A stretch of DNA of 64,000 nucleotides, taken from NCBI GenBank assembly GCA_963719315.1, contig CAVRBU010000002.1, positions 288,001-352,000 of the forward strand. The letters are read 5' to 3'. Positions 63,373 to 64,000 of this stretch are shown piece by piece (within the stretch, counting starts at the first letter, position 1; every line of letters starts with the position of its first letter). The DNA comes from an uncultured Planctomycetota bacterium (GTDB taxonomy: Bacteria; Planctomycetota; Planctomycetia; Pirellulales; Lacipirellulaceae). A program made the position numbers and the translations under genes. The notes below the pieces were generated by a model. The model saw nothing but the letters and a program-made list of their open reading frames with translations. It made no database searches and was not told the origin of the DNA.

Positions 63373-63912
63373 TCAGCTGGCTTGCTTGACCGAATTATAC
63401 AGCGGGCGAAGACTCCACGCTTGCTCAATCCATCGCGCACATTCGTCACCATCCTCTAAATCCCACCTGTGGAGGATGAGTGCGAGGGCTAAGACCTGGT
63501 CAAGTGCGCTCATTTGTGTTGACTGTGAAATGGGTACAAGAGCTGTAAGCAAGAATATTCCGAAATTGATAGCAAAGTATCCGGGACCCAGAAAATAGCT
63601 CCCAATCAACGCTGCAAGTACTGCAACCCCAACAAAGGACTGAAATCGACGCTGTGAAATTCGGTCGGCATCCAGAACGATTTTGATATTTAAAGCATAT
63701 CCATTTGCATCCTTCGAAAGTCTACGCGCGAAGTGATTATTCATTGGGGATGGAGAATCCAACGCGCGACGCGTGACAAACTCTTGTAAGAATGGCTCAC
63801 TGCAAATGGCCACCCTGAGAAACTTCGTCCGTTTGAAGAATTGCCAGAATAGGCCGCCAACGAGGAATATGAACGCCGCGAGCCCAATTTCAACTGCGAC
63901 CTTGGCGATCAT
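63373..63912 (-). CDS. Hypothetical membrane protein
   Basis: 179-aa ORF with three hydrophobic segments in a visibly AT-richer tract. Confidence 0.6.
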   Translation of the reverse strand: MIAKVAVEIGLAAFIFLVGGLFWQFFKRTKFLRVAICSEPFLQEFVTRRALDSPSPMNNHFARRLSKDANGYALNIKIVLDADRISQRRFQSFVGVAVLAALIGSYFLGPGYFAINFGIFLLTALVPISQSTQMSALDQVLALALILHRWDLEDGDECARWIEQAWSLRPLYNSVKQAS

Positions 63913-64000
63913 TTTTTGAAAACTCGCTTTTGAGGGCTTGAATCCGCCTCCTATTTCACCGCCACCGGCGACTCCAGCGGCTTCTCCGCCGCCATCGCGC

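Overview
Chromosomal window of a GC-rich planctomycete; the 16S sequence, five PEP-CTERM proteins and gene content point to Pirellulales/Lacipirellulaceae-like. Left to right: (1) 1-8 kb, a minus-strand type IV pilus/pseudopilus operon (CBS protein, receiver protein, MshEN-bearing PilB, PilC, seven prepilins, PilM-like). (2) 11-15 kb, a pterin/C1-cofactor-like operon (atypical SDR, dihydropteroate-synthase-related protein, PabB). (3) 17-23.6 kb, an orphan 16S rRNA gene with promoter, boxA and terminator but no tRNA or 23S. It is followed by Uma2-family endonuclease cassettes separated by copies of the 16S 3' processing-stem/terminator sequence; one Uma2 gene is split by a complete IS21. (4) 23-50 kb, PEP-CTERM surface enzymes and housekeeping genes (aroH, gnd, zwf, psd, pssA, ribE, rsmA, hisB, pfk, accBC, M24 peptidase, queC) plus an IS5. 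(5) 50-55 kb, a long-tailed MotA/TolQ/ExbB protein with two different MotB/ExbD-like partners. (6) lspA, dksA-like, thrC, dapB, an MFS transporter and a decaying accessory island at the right end. About ten single-indel frameshifts, including in accB and dapB, most likely reflect long-read consensus errors. All family calls are from motif recognition only; no database search was run.
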